This document shows, in pieces, positions 1-12,300 of a stretch of 64,000 nucleotides of DNA. Both the position numbers and the translations under genes were made by a program. The DNA comes from Anolis carolinensis (Eukaryota). The notes under the pieces were generated by a model. The model saw only the letters and a list, made by a program, of their open reading frames with translations, ran no database searches and had not been told where the DNA came from. The stretch's first letter is position 1, and the number at the start of each line of letters is the position of its first letter. The stretch spans positions 2,198,992-2,262,991 of the forward strand of contig NW_026943822.1 of NCBI RefSeq assembly GCF_035594765.1. Direction: 5' to 3'.

Positions 1-512
1 CGGGGTGAGAAGGGCGGTATATAAATGTCGCAAATAAAAAAAAAAAATAGAGGCAAACATTCAATGCCTTTTAACATAGAACAAAGACAGACAAACATAG
101 GCTCCGAGCGGGCCTCGAACTCATGACCTCCTGGTCAGAGTGATTCATTGCAGTGATTCATTGCAGCTGCTCTCCAGCCTGTGCCACAGCCCGAGCCCAT
201 TATCTTATAGCCTGTTTGTTTCCTCGTTTCTGGGACTTTGGCTTCGCTTTAAGGACCTTGTTTCATGCCTAATGTTTCTATGGATTTGTTCTTACAGCCT
301 TGTTTTTGTAACTACCTTTTGGAATTGAACTTTTGCCTTTTATGAACTATCTTTTCCCTATTTCCTAATAAACTACAAAAGACTTCATCTGGTGTACATT
401 CTGGTGTCTTTAGCAAGGTGAAACTAACCTGAGGTGCGACACTTGCTCTCCCGCCGCAGACGCCAGGGAAGGCTCATTCCCCCCTTTTTCTTCCTCTTCT
501 TCCTCGTTGTAG

Positions 513-989
513 GGCGACGTGGGGGGCGAGCGGGTGCTGCAGCGGCGGTGGACCACCTTCCTGAAGGCTCCGCTGCTCTGCTCGCACCCCGAGGACGGCT
601 TCCCCTTCAACGTGCTGCAGGACATGTTTGTCTTGACCCCCGGACAGGACTGGAGGGAGACGGTCTTCTATGGGGTCTTCACCTCCCAGTGGTGAGCATC
701 TGGGGACAAAGCTCTGGGGGGCACACAAGGGGCAGGGGGCCGTGCCCACCGCAACGTACAGACCAGCCTCTCAGCTGGAAGAACTGACCTCCCCTTCCCT
801 CCCTCCAATGTCTCCCCAGGGACAGGAAGGGGGCCGGGGGGGCGGCCGTGTGCGCCTTCTCCATTCAGGACGTGGAAGAAGCCTTCAATGGACTCTACAA
901 GGAGGTCAACCGGGAGACACAGCAGTGGTATACCGATACCCGCCCTGTGCCAGAGCCCCGGCCTGGAGCAGTACGTATCAATACAATAA

Positions 990-1036
<47 letters not shown>

Positions 1037-1263
1037 CATAGAATCATAGAATAGTAGAATTGGAAGAGACCTCACGGGCCATCCAGCAGGAAATCGTATT
1101 CAAAGCACCCCCAACAGATGGCCATTAATTAATAATTAATTGATGGTGACTATTATTATTATTATTTTATTCTATTATGACACAGCAAACAAGATAGATA
1201 TGCTGGATTTCGTATCACAAAATCACAAGTCGAACACTTCCCAAGTGTCTAGGACTGTGTGAT

Positions 1264-1310
<47 letters not shown>

Positions 1311-4300
1311 TTATTATGACACAGCAAACAAGATAGATATGCTGGATTTCGTATCACAAAATCACAAGTCGAACACTTCCCAAGTGTCTAGGACTGTGTG
1401 ATGTATTTTCGGATGATGCGCGCAGATCCCAGTAGGGTGGCCTTTTGCAGTTGGCAGATTGTAATTTTGTCAATGCCTATTGTTTCCAAATGCCGGCTGA
1501 GATCTTTTGGCACGGCACCCAGTGTGCCCATCACCACCGGGACCACCTGCACTGGTTTCTGCCAGAGTCTTTGCAGTTCAATCTTGAGGTCCTGATAGCG
1601 GCTGAGTTTTTCCTGTTGTTTTTCCTGTTGGGATGGCAACATCAATGATCCAAACCTTTTTCTTTTCCACAACTGTGATGTCTGGTGTGTTGTGTTCCAG
1701 AACTTTGTCAGTCTGGATTCGGAAGTCCAATTATTATTATTATGATAGAACCATAGAATAGTAGAGTTGGAAGAGACCTCACAGGCCATCCAGTCCAACC
1801 CCCTACCAAGAAGCAGGAAATCGCATTCAAAGCACCCCCGACAGATGGCTATTAATTAATAATTAATAGATGGTGGTGATGATGATGACAATGATGATGA
1901 TGATGATTATTATTGTGTCACATCACAGTCAAAACACTGACTGGGCGATGCCTCCTGTAGTAGAGGCTCCTTCTTTGGAGGCTTTGAAACAGAGGCTGGA
2001 ACTGTCAGGGGTACTTTGGTGGTGCTTTTCCTGCGTGGCAAAAAGGAGGGTGTTGGGACTGGATGGCCTTTGGGGGTCCCTTCTATGCTTCAATGGGCTT
2101 GGGACCAAACCTACTGGGTTCTTACCTCCTTTGTCCCTGGATTCCCAGGGAAGGCAGCAAGTGGAGTCCTCCCCGAAGCCCCTGGGCCCAGGACTACTGG
2201 CCAGGCCCTCTAAGAGCCCCTTCCTTCCTTCCTTCCTTCCTTCCTTCCTTCCTTCCTTCCTTCCTTCCTTCCGCAGTGCATCAGCCGCCAAATGAAGATC
2301 GCCTCCTCCCTCCAGATGCCCGACCGGGTGCTCAACTACCTCAAGGACCACTTCCTGATGGACAGCGCCGTCCGGAGCCAGCCCCTCCTCCTGCAGGGAC
2401 ACTCACGCTACCGGCAGGTGTCCGTCCAGAGGGTGCAGGGTCTGCACCGGGCCTACGACGTCCTCTTCTTGGGCACAGGTGGGCCAGCGCCGGGGCCTTC
2501 AGGCGGATTGAGCAGGGCGGGTGGGTGAGAGCTCACCTCTCCTACGTTCTCCAAAGACGAGTGGGAGCAGGTTCCAGGTGGGAATCTGGGAAACTCCCGT
2601 TCTTCAGGGGAGGCAGGGACTGGGCTCCAGGGATCAGTGGGCTGTCGTTGTTTGGTGCCCCAAAGGAACTCCTGAAGCAGGCTGGCCCTGGCTTGGTTCT
2701 GGACCTGGTTGTAATTCTGGAATTGGTTCTGGTCTGGGTTCTGGATCAGTCCTGCTCCTGGTTGTAATTCTGGATTTGGTTCTGGTTCTGGTCTGAGTCC
2801 TGGCTCGGTTCTGGTCCTGGTTGAAATTCTGGATTTTGTTCTGGTTCTGGTCTGGGTTCTGGCTCAGTCCTGGTCCTGGTTGTGATTCTGGATTTGGTTC
2901 TGGTTCTGGTCTGGATTCTGGCTCAGTCCTGGTTGTAATTCTGGATTTGGTTCTGATTCTGGTCTGGCTTCTGGCTCAGTCCTGGTTGTGATTCTGGATT
3001 TGGTTCTGGTTCTGGTCTGGGTTCTGGCGGACAAAGAGCGGGTACAGTTGGAGAGTCTTATTTCCGTGGGGCAGGCCAGGTTCCCAGGGGCTCCGTCCTC
3101 AGATTCCCGCTTCTTCTGCCTTTCAGAGGACGGCCAGCTGCACAAGGCTGTGGTCGCAGGGCAGAACCAGGTGCACCTGATTGAGGAGATCCAGCTCTTC
3201 CCCGCCGGGCAGCCCGTCCTGGAGCTGCTGCTGGACGCCACGCAGGCAAGGCCCAGGACCGTTGTGGGAGACCCTTCCTCTGCACCCGCACCCAGCCACC
3301 CCTCCTTGGCCGTGGGTCTCAATCCCAAGGCCATGGAGCTGGGGATGATGGTCCACGTGTTCCTCTCGCCTCCTTCCTGCAGGGCCTGCTCTACGCCGCC
3401 TCCTTTGCCGCCCTGGTGCAGGTCCCTCTCGCCAACTGCAGCATGCACCGCACCTGCGGGGAGTGCGTCCTGGCCCAGGACCCCTTCTGCGCCTGGAGCG
3501 GAAGCGCCTGCCGCCCCTTTGCCCGGGACCCCCGCTCAGCGGCGTAAGTGCTTCTCCCACCAGTGTGGTGGACGGGGAGGGGGCTTCCCTTTGCTCCTCC
3601 GCTGTGACGGATCCTCTTTCTCCCCACAGCTCCTGGGTCCAGGATATTGAAGGTGTGGATGCCGTGCGGCTCTGCCCTGAGACCGGCAGGGAGCTTGGCA
3701 ACTCGGCAGGTAAAGGGATGCGGGGACTGTGGACATTGTGTCTGATGCCAAGGACTGTTTTCAGTTCTGCATCACGGAAACACACTGTGTTGCAGTGGCA
3801 CTCTTTGAACATTGTACGTGGTTGTGTTTCTGCAGTGGGCTACTTTTCTTTTCGTGTCAGGAGCGACTTGAGAAACTGCAAGTCGCATCTGGTGTGTGAG
3901 AGTTGGCCGTCTGCAAGGACGTTGCCCAGATGTTTTGATATTTTTACCATCCTTGTAGGAGGCTTCTCTCATGTCTCTGCATGGAGCTAGAGCTGGCAGC
4001 TCATCCGTGCTCTCCCCGGATTCGAACCAGCAACCTTCAGGTCAGCAACCCAACCTTCAAGTCATCCATCCATCCAGTGGGTTTAACCCACTGCGCCACC
4101 GGCGTCTCCTAAACAGGTAGCATGGTTAACAAGAGCATAGCAGCAAAGGCAAGGTGTCCAAGGAAGCATTAGATATATCACACTTAGGGAGCTAGGCCAG
4201 CAGTTAAAGTTACAAAAGCTTTATTCAAAAGAACTGTATAACCAATAGGAAAGGAAACCGCTGAGGTCCTACCTCTAGCTGGTCTTGGCTCAGTCTTCTC

Positions 4301-5059
4301 AGGACAAAGGAATGGAAGGCTGGAAACCTGAGTGGGGAGTTGCTCTGAGAATATCAGTCCACATGTCAAATAATAATAAAAACTTTATTTATATACTGCC
4401 CTATCAACTCAGGAGACTCAGAGTGGTTTCCAGCATATCAGGAAATATACAGTCAGTTAAAACATACAGCAATTAAAACATTGTAAACATAAACAGAAGT
4501 GCATAAAACAGATAATCATACAATACATAATCGAACATTTACAAACCTAATAACAGGACTCAATAAATCCACATGCAGTGGCCAGGATTGAGCATTGGAG
4601 TGGCCAGGTAGGAGCAAGACAGACAGAGATTATTTTTATTATTTTATTGTATGACACAGCAAACAAGATAGATATCACAAGTCAAACACTTCCCAAGTGT
4701 CTAGGACTGTGTGATGTATTTTCGGATGATGCGCGCAGATCCAAAATAATAATAATTAATTATATTATTATTATTATTGACACAACGACGTTGTATGACA
4801 CAGCAAACAAGATAGACATGCTGGATTTTGTTTCACAAAACCACAAGTCAAACACTTCCCAAGTGTCTAGGACTGTGTGATGTATTTTCGGATGATGCGT
4901 GCAGATCCCAGCAGGGTGGCCTTTTGCAGTTGGCAGATCGTAATTTTGTCAATGTCTATTGTTTCCAAATGCTGGCTGAGATCTTTTGGCACGGCACCCA
5001 GTGTGCCCATCACCACCGGGACCACCTGCACTGGTTTCTGCCAGAGTCGTCTTCTTCTT

Positions 5060-5130
<71 letters not shown>

Positions 5131-6623
5131 TGTTACTATGTTTATACCTCACTTTCCACAAGGAGACTCGAAGTGGCTTACATTAAAAGCAATTTGATAC
5201 AATTCAAAGAGAGTGAGAGACAGCAGGCATGGGCCAACTTTGGCCCTCCCTCCAGGTATTTTAGACTTCAACTAACAGCCAGGAATTGTGGGAAGTCCAA
5301 AACAGCTGGAGGGAGGGCCGAAGTTGGCCCATGCCTGAGATAGAGGGCAAGTTGAGGGATGGGTTTCCCTAACTTTCTTGGCCTTATCCATTTATCATCT
5401 GCTTTCTTACGTAGAGCAAGGAGCCTCCGGTGGCCTAGGGGATAAAAGCCTCGTGACTTGAAGGTTGGGTTGCTGACCTGAAAGCTGCCAGGTTTGAATC
5501 CCACCTGGGGAGAGTGCGGATGAGCTCCCTCTATCAGCTCCAGCTCCATGTGGGGACATGAGAGAAGCCTCCCACAAAGATGGTAAAACATCAAAACATC
5601 CGGGCAATGTCCCCTGGGCAACGTCCTTGCAGACGGCCAATTCTCTCATTCCAGAAGCAACTCCGGTTGCTCCTGACATGAAAAAACAAAACAAAAACGT
5701 AGAGCAGAGTTGAATCCCAACACGAACTCCATCACCACCCAGTTGCACCCCTTTCCTCTCCTTGAGGCAGGACCGTGGCCTTGGCATGTCTGGGGGTCCC
5801 AGTGCTAGTTCACTGCCCCAGGAGGGGAGGGGGTGGTCTGGGGGTTCCTTGTGCTTCCCTGTGGCCTGACCCCGTTGCCTTTCCCGCAGGGGAGGAGCCC
5901 CAGTGCCAGCGGGTGCTCCTGCGCCCCAACGCCGTGACGCCGCTGCGCTGCCCGCCGCTCTCCAACCTGGCTTCGTGGCGCTGGGAGCGGGACGGGACCC
6001 CCCTCAACGCTTCCTGGCTGGTGCTGCCGGACGGGGAGCTGGTGCTGGCGGGCGGCCCGGAGCAAGCGGGGCGCTACGAGTGCTGGTCCTCGGAGGGGGG
6101 CTTCCGGCAGCGGACGGCCAGCTACTGCGTGGAGGCCGGGCGGCCGTGGGTCTTCCGCAGCCCGCCGGACACCGTCGGCACCTCCAGGAGCACCTCGGCG
6201 GAGGCGGCCGGCCTCTCGGACGACAAGACTTACTGGACCGAGTTCCTGGTGATGTGCGCCCTCTTCGGCCTCGTCGTGACGCTGCTCACGCTCTTTGCGC
6301 TGCGCCGGCACCACGGCGCCATGAAGGCCTTCCTGAAGCAGGGCACCTGCACCCGCACCCACCCCAAGGCCAAGGCGCCCCCGGAGAGCCTGCCCCTCAA
6401 CGGCGCCACGGCCGCCCCCAGCGCCCTGCTGCCCGACCACAAGGGCTACCACGCGCTCGACGACAGCAGCCCGGCCCACGGCGCCCCAGGCCTCCCGACC
6501 GTGGCCTTCCTAGAGTCCAGCCGCCGCCCGCTAAGCATGCACGCGAGCCTTGTGGAAGTGTCGCCGCCTTCCCAGCGGCCCCGCGTGCGCCTGGGCTCCG
6601 AGATCCGGGACTCGGTGGTATGA
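513..6623 (+). CDS. SEMA4B: Semaphorin-4B, 3' part (5' exons outside window). Coding exons 513-691, 820-970, 2277-2478, 3127-3245, 3383-3543, 3630-3709, 5890-6623
   Basis: Spliced exons are phase-consistent (1626 nt). They translate to the Sema domain end (GDVGGERVLQRRWTTFLKA...LKDHFLMD), PSI domain (CGECVLAQDPFCAW), Ig-like region, TM (YWTEFLVMCALFGLVVTLL) and the SEMA4B PDZ-binding tail RVRLGSEIRDSVV*. One intron has a GC donor (3246). Confidence 0.96.
1175..1729 (-). mobile_element. Dong/R4-clade non-LTR retrotransposon 3' ends (two, tandem) in (TAA)n
   Basis: REL-endonuclease motif HNTPDITVVEKKKVWIIDVAIP..EKLSRYQDLKIELQRLW; embedded in (TTA)n, the known Dong target. Confidence 0.8.
2690..3027. 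repeat. (TCTGGT)-based degenerate minisatellite in a SEMA4B intron
   Basis: Repeated GATTTGGTTCTGGTTCTGGTCTG..CTCAGTCCTGG units. Confidence 0.85.
4645..5047 (-). mobile_element. Dong/R4 3' fragments
   Basis: Near-identical to 1313-1570; flanked by TAA/TCT microsatellites. Confidence 0.8.
5420..5697 (+). mobile_element. tRNA-derived SINE with Vingi-like tail (other copies about 3845-4110 -, 52250-52450 +)
   Basis: Box A/B-like head; tail CTCCTGACAYGAAAAA resembles the Vingi 3' end in this window. Confidence 0.65.
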
Positions 6624-7408
6624 GGCCGGATGGCAAAGAACGAGACAGACAGACCTTCCTGTGCTGAGCCTTCTGCAGAACTGGCCCCGGGCATCAGAAC
6701 GGGCAGTGGAGCCGCTGTGGTGCCGGGGGAGCCTGCATGTCTTTTGGAGCGCTGGGCCTGTCAGGAGAAGGGCATGACAGCGCTTTCAGCAGAAGGCGAG
6801 GCTTCTTGGAAGGCAGCACTATGAGATGAAACGCACAATTTGGATGACGTTTTGACGGCCAACTTGACCGACTCACAGTTCAAAGGGGGGGATTTGAGGT
6901 CTCGGAAGCTGCCCCTGTGGGACCAACGCCCCTTTCTTGGCCCACCCAAGGAACTGGACTCCAAGAGGTCTTCCTTTGGGACAAGGAGAGCAGGATCGGC
7001 TCCGGTCGTGCTCCGATGGGGCAGGAGCCAGACATGTGGGTGTCCTTGTCTTTGTATTGTCTGTGCAGGAGTGGGAAAGCGGGGCCAGGAGACGGAGGAA
7101 GCCTTTCCAAGGCCAGGCCACTGTGAACCCCCTCCCCAATCCTTCACCAGCATGGAGTGCCCTCACAACCATATCCCCCTTCCCTCGGTGCATCTGCACA
7201 AGTGGTGGCTGTGTTTATTTGTGTGGTTTTGCATAAAAGTTGACCCGTCTCCTTTGGCTTCCTGCTGCTGAATCTGGACTCAGGCTGCCCTTAGGCTTGT
7301 TTACTTTGCAGCCTCCATCACTCCTTCCCTGTCTCCAAGGTTGAGGCTCAGTGCCCAAAAATCTCTAGTATCTATTTCCAACCAGACACAAAAATGAGAT
7401 TTAAAATA

Positions 7409-8424
7409 CGGTAGAGTCTCACTTATCCAACATAAATGGGCCGGCAGAACGTTGGGTAAGTGAAAATGTTGGATAATAAGGAGGGATTAAGGAAAAGCCT
7501 ATTAGATGTCAAATTATGTTATGATTTTACAAGGTAAAAGGTAAAGATTTTCCCTGACGTTAAGTCCAGTCGTGACTGACTCTGAGGGTTGGTGCTCATC
7601 TCCATTTCTGAGCCGAAGAGCCAGCGTTGTCCATAGACACCTCCAAGGTCATGTGGCCACTGGCATGACTGTCTGGAGCACCGTTACCTTCCCGCCAGTG
7701 CGGTACCTATTGATCTACTCACATTGGCATGTTTTCGAACTGCTAGGTTGGCAGAAGCTGGAGCTAACAGCGGGTGCTCACTCCGCTCTCCGGATTCGAA
7801 CCTGGGACCTTTCAGTCTGCAAGTTCAGCAGCTCAGCACTTTAACACACTTCACCCTTCAGGGGCTCATTGTTTTATAAATTAAGCACCAAATCATCCTA
7901 TTTTACAAAGAAATTGCCAGAAAAAGCAGTTCAATACATGGTAACGTTATGTAGTAATTACTGTATTTACTAATTTAGCACCAAAACATTGCAATGTATT
8001 GAAAACATTGTCTATAAAACATTGGCTACTAACGAATTAACAACAAATAAAGATAGGTAAAGGTAAAGGTTTTCCCCTGACGTTAAGTCCAGTCATGTCT
8101 ATGTCTGGGGGTTTGTGCTCATCTCAATTTCTAAGCCGAAGAGCCGGCGTTGTCCATAGACACCTCCAAGGTCACGTGGCCATAGGCATGACTGCATGGA
8201 GCGCCCTTACCTTCCCGCCAGAGCGGTATCTATTGATCTACTCACATTTGCATGTTTTCTAAGTGCTAGGTTGGCAGAAGACAAATAAAGATAGAATGGC
8301 ATAAAATGAACTTACAAGTAACAACATTTTACAGAAAATTAAATCTAGAGAAACAGCTGTGGATCTGAGCGGGAGGCAGAATGCATTGGATAATCCAGAA
8401 TGTTGGATAAGTGAGACTCTACTG
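7409..8424. mobile_element. TA-flanked MITE (CAGTAGAGTCTCACTTATCC TIR) containing two nested - strand Sauria SINEs (7533-7866, 8056-8279)
   Basis: TIRs at both ends; AAAGGT tails of the SINEs. Confidence 0.8.
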
Positions 8425-8893
8425 TACAATCGTTCCATCTGCAGAATAACACTGAGTGGGGTGTGTGCAATAGAAAGACTGATCTTTGCATGGGTTTTAT
8501 AGTTGACTAGAGTAAACATGCACGCACATGTGCAAACTCTCCCTGCTCCGTCCTTCAATTTGGCCTCTCCCTGTTCCAAAACAATCCTGTTTTCCAAAAC
8601 AATCCTCCTGTGCTTCCCCGTCTTCCAGGTCATTCCAATCTTTCTTCACTTTTTGCACACTTTGCCTCTTTTCCCTTCCTCCTCCTCTCTCTTTAACCCA
8701 TTCTCCAAAATCTCAGTCTCTCTGCCAGGAGGACCAAGTGGGGTGTCTCACCCACCTGGCTCAGGTGCATTGACAAAGGAGGAGGAGGAAGTGCTACCTT
8801 TTGTTTTGTTCTGCAGCCGCTCAGCCAGACTACGCGGCGTCACCTCCGCTGGGAGAAATAAACACCGGAGGGGACAATGTCCAACTTCCACAC

Positions 8894-8899
8894 TTTATT
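8894..8899 (-). terminator. Probable CIB1 polyadenylation signal AATAAA
   Basis: TTTATT on the + strand about 430 nt downstream of the CIB1 stop. Confidence 0.55.
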
Positions 8900-9326
8900 A
8901 GGACAGGTGTAGAAAACGTAGGCGCGGCCATGGAGACTGTGCCAAAAACAAGTTACGTCAGTAAGGCTTTGAGAAAAGGTCGTCGCTCTGATGCCACAAC
9001 TCAGCTACAGAAGTAGCCCAAGCCTCCAGACTGAGACCAGGCAAGGAGAGAGAAACGAGGAAGAAACAAACTGTGATCCAAAGAATTCCCTGCAAAGGCA
9101 CCAAGGTTTGAGTTACAGCAATGCCGGATGATAGGCACAGATGGTGTGGCTCCCAGGGAGGCCGCGATTGATCAGCATCAATCATGGAAGATATTTAAAG
9201 GCCATAGTGTCAGAAGACCTCACTGCCCAGAGCATATAAGTCATCGCTTTGGGTCCCTTGACTCGATGTCAGTCATCCACGTTGGCGAGAAAAACAGAAG
9301 CAGGAGCGAGGCGAAACGGTGAAGAA

Positions 9327-12300
9327 TCAGAGCACAATTTTGAAGGAACTGAGGGAGAGAAAGGACAGTGCAGTCAGATGACCAAAAAGGAGGTCCCACC
9401 TAAACATTAGGAAGAATTCCTTGACTTGATTCCTAGTCTGCCCCAGGGGTGGTGGACACCCGTATTTTAGAGCCATTTAGGCCAAGGGTGGAGGAGCATC
9501 TCTTTCGCGTGCCAAAATTAGGCATGACTAGATGTCCTCTTCCAACTCTTAAGATCCTGAGAATAATATTATGTTACAAAATTTGAAAAAAAATGTTCCT
9601 GGTTTGAAAGTGTTATTTTCTGTTTAATTGTGCAGTACTGACTTTGCAAGTAGTTGTTATACAGTGTTCCCTCATTTATTATTTATTAGCGACATTTATA
9701 TCCCGCCCTTCTCACCCCGAAGGGGACTCTGGGTGGTTTACAAGTATATATACATACGATATATTATACAACTATATTGCAATATTATTAGTAATATTGC
9801 ATGTAATATAAATATACTATTATAATAGTGAATTATAATTATTATTACATTGTATTACATCATAATATTATTATTAATATTACATGTATATACAATATAT
9901 TATAATATTAGTATAGTATAGTACAGGGGTGCCCAAACTAAGGCCCGGGGGCCAGATGCGGCCCATCAAAGCTATTTATCCGGCCCCCATGGCACAAGGG
10001 CAGAAGGGGGTTGGACTAAATGACCCAAGCGGTCTCTTCTTCTCTTACAATCTTCTTCTTCTTCTTCTTATTATTATTATTATTATTATTATTAACATTG
10101 AGGCTAGGTGGCCATCTGTCAGGGGTGCTTTGCTTGTGCTTTCGGTGCACAAAGGCAGAAGAGGATTGGCCTCAATGGCCCAAGGGGTCTCTTCCAACCC
10201 TCTTTTTATTATTATTGTTGTTGTTGTTATTGTTGTTGCTCCAACGGTCCGGCCCTCCAACGGTCCAAAGGATCGTGAACTGGCCACATGTTTAAAAAGT
10301 TTGGGGACCCCTGGTATAGTATAATATTATTATTGACACATGGGGGTTACGTTCCAGGACCAGCTGCGAAAAGTGAAAATCTGCAAAGTAGGGACACTAT
10401 ATTTGTGTTGTTTACAATCTCACTGGCAAGTATTCCTAATATTATATAATATTATATTGTAATACGATATAATAATATCAATTATATATTATATTTTACA
10501 TGTAATATTACTAATAATATTACAACATATTGATACAGTACAATATAGTAATTTATTACCAGTATTGTACTATGCTAATTATATAATTTTGTATGTAAAT
10601 TTAATTTGTAAGCCGCTCTGAGTCCCCTTCAGGGTGAGAAGGGTGGGATATAAATGTAGTAAATAAATAAGTAATAAATAAGTAGCGTCTCTCTTCCCTC
10701 CTCGCCTCTCAAGCACGCGCATGTCTTCTGAGGCGAAAACAAAGCTGCTTTGGCCTCCTTTTCTCTCCCTTCGGCTCCTTCCTTCCTTCTTTCCTTCCTT
10801 CCTTTTTTATTCCTTCCTTCCCTTTCTTTCCTTCCTTCCTTATGCTTCTCCTTAGGAAGGAAGTAGAAAGAAGGATTTATACTATTATTTTAAGATTTAT
10901 ACTATTATTTTAATGTTTATTGTAAAACCGCAGAACAGCAAAAAACTAAACCGCAGAAAACAAAGCTGCTTCGGCCTCTTTTTCTCTCCCTTCGGCTTCT
11001 CCTTCCTTCCTTCCTTCCTTCCTTCCTTAGGCTTCTCCTTAGGAAGGAAGTAGAAAGAGGGATTTATACTATTATTGTAAGATTTATACTATTATTTTAG
11101 TGTTTATTACAGAACAGCAAGGGCACAAAAAGCGAACCGCGAAGTAGTGAGGGAACACTGTACTGCAAAAGTTTTGTTTTTGTGGCTGCTGCAAACTAGG
11201 TTGAACGGGTTAGGACTATCGGAGATTCACTGAAAAACTAGAGCAAAGTATGCTGCAGGATGTCTTGCAAAGCGAAGTTTTTTGCAGTTTAGTATGTTAC
11301 CTGTGTTTTTAATGATAGAATCAATTAGAAAATGACATTTATGACCCAGGAACAAAACTTTTGTTACATAGTGTAATTTGGAAACTATTGTAGCAAGAAG
11401 CCAGAGGGGCTGTTTCTGGAAGGGACTCTTTAGGGAGAGAACAGGAAAGGGGGATTGACCCCCTGCCCCATGCAAACGGGGGGAAGGAGGCATACCTGGT
11501 GAAGTCTGGGGATCGGGAGATGATGTGCTGGAACTCGGAGAGGTTGATGGTCCCGTCTTTGTCGATATCGGACTCCTCTAAAATCTGCAGAAGCGGCAGA
11601 GACTCAGAAGGGCCGAGGGCCCCACAGGATGGAGGGGGCAGCCCGGGCCTTCCCTTCCGCCCCACTCACGTTCTGGATGAGCTGCTCCATTTCCACGGGG
11701 CTCAGCCGGCTGTCCTCTCCCTCCCCGGTCAGGCAGTTGACCAGCTGCTCCAAGTCCTTCTTGTCCAGAGTCCCGTCATCATCAAAATCTAAGGAAGAAT
11801 AATAATAATACATTTTTAATAATAATGCATCCTGGTGGCTCAAAGCAGGGGTGCAAGAAGTTCAAAAACAAATGAACGTAAAAATAAAAATAAAGTACTC
11901 AATTACATAGATAAATAAAAACACACACATATATATGAAAATGTATACCAATCACAGAAGGAGGGCCCACGGGTGAGAGCACTTGTGAAAGTGGCATAGA
12001 TTTATTTACTTACTTATTTACAGCATTTTATATTCCACCCTTCTCATCCCAAAGGAGACTCAGGGTGGATCGCAATGCACGTATACATGGCAAACATTCA
12101 ATGCCAGTAGAGTCTCACTTATTCAACACTTGCTTATCCAACGTTCTGGATTATCCAACGCATTTTTGTAGTCAATGTTTTCAATATATTGTGATATTTT
12201 GGTACTAAATTCATAAATACAGTAATTACTACATAGCATTACTGCGTATTGAACTACTTTTTCTGCCAAATTTGTTCTCTAACATGATGTTTTGGTGCTT

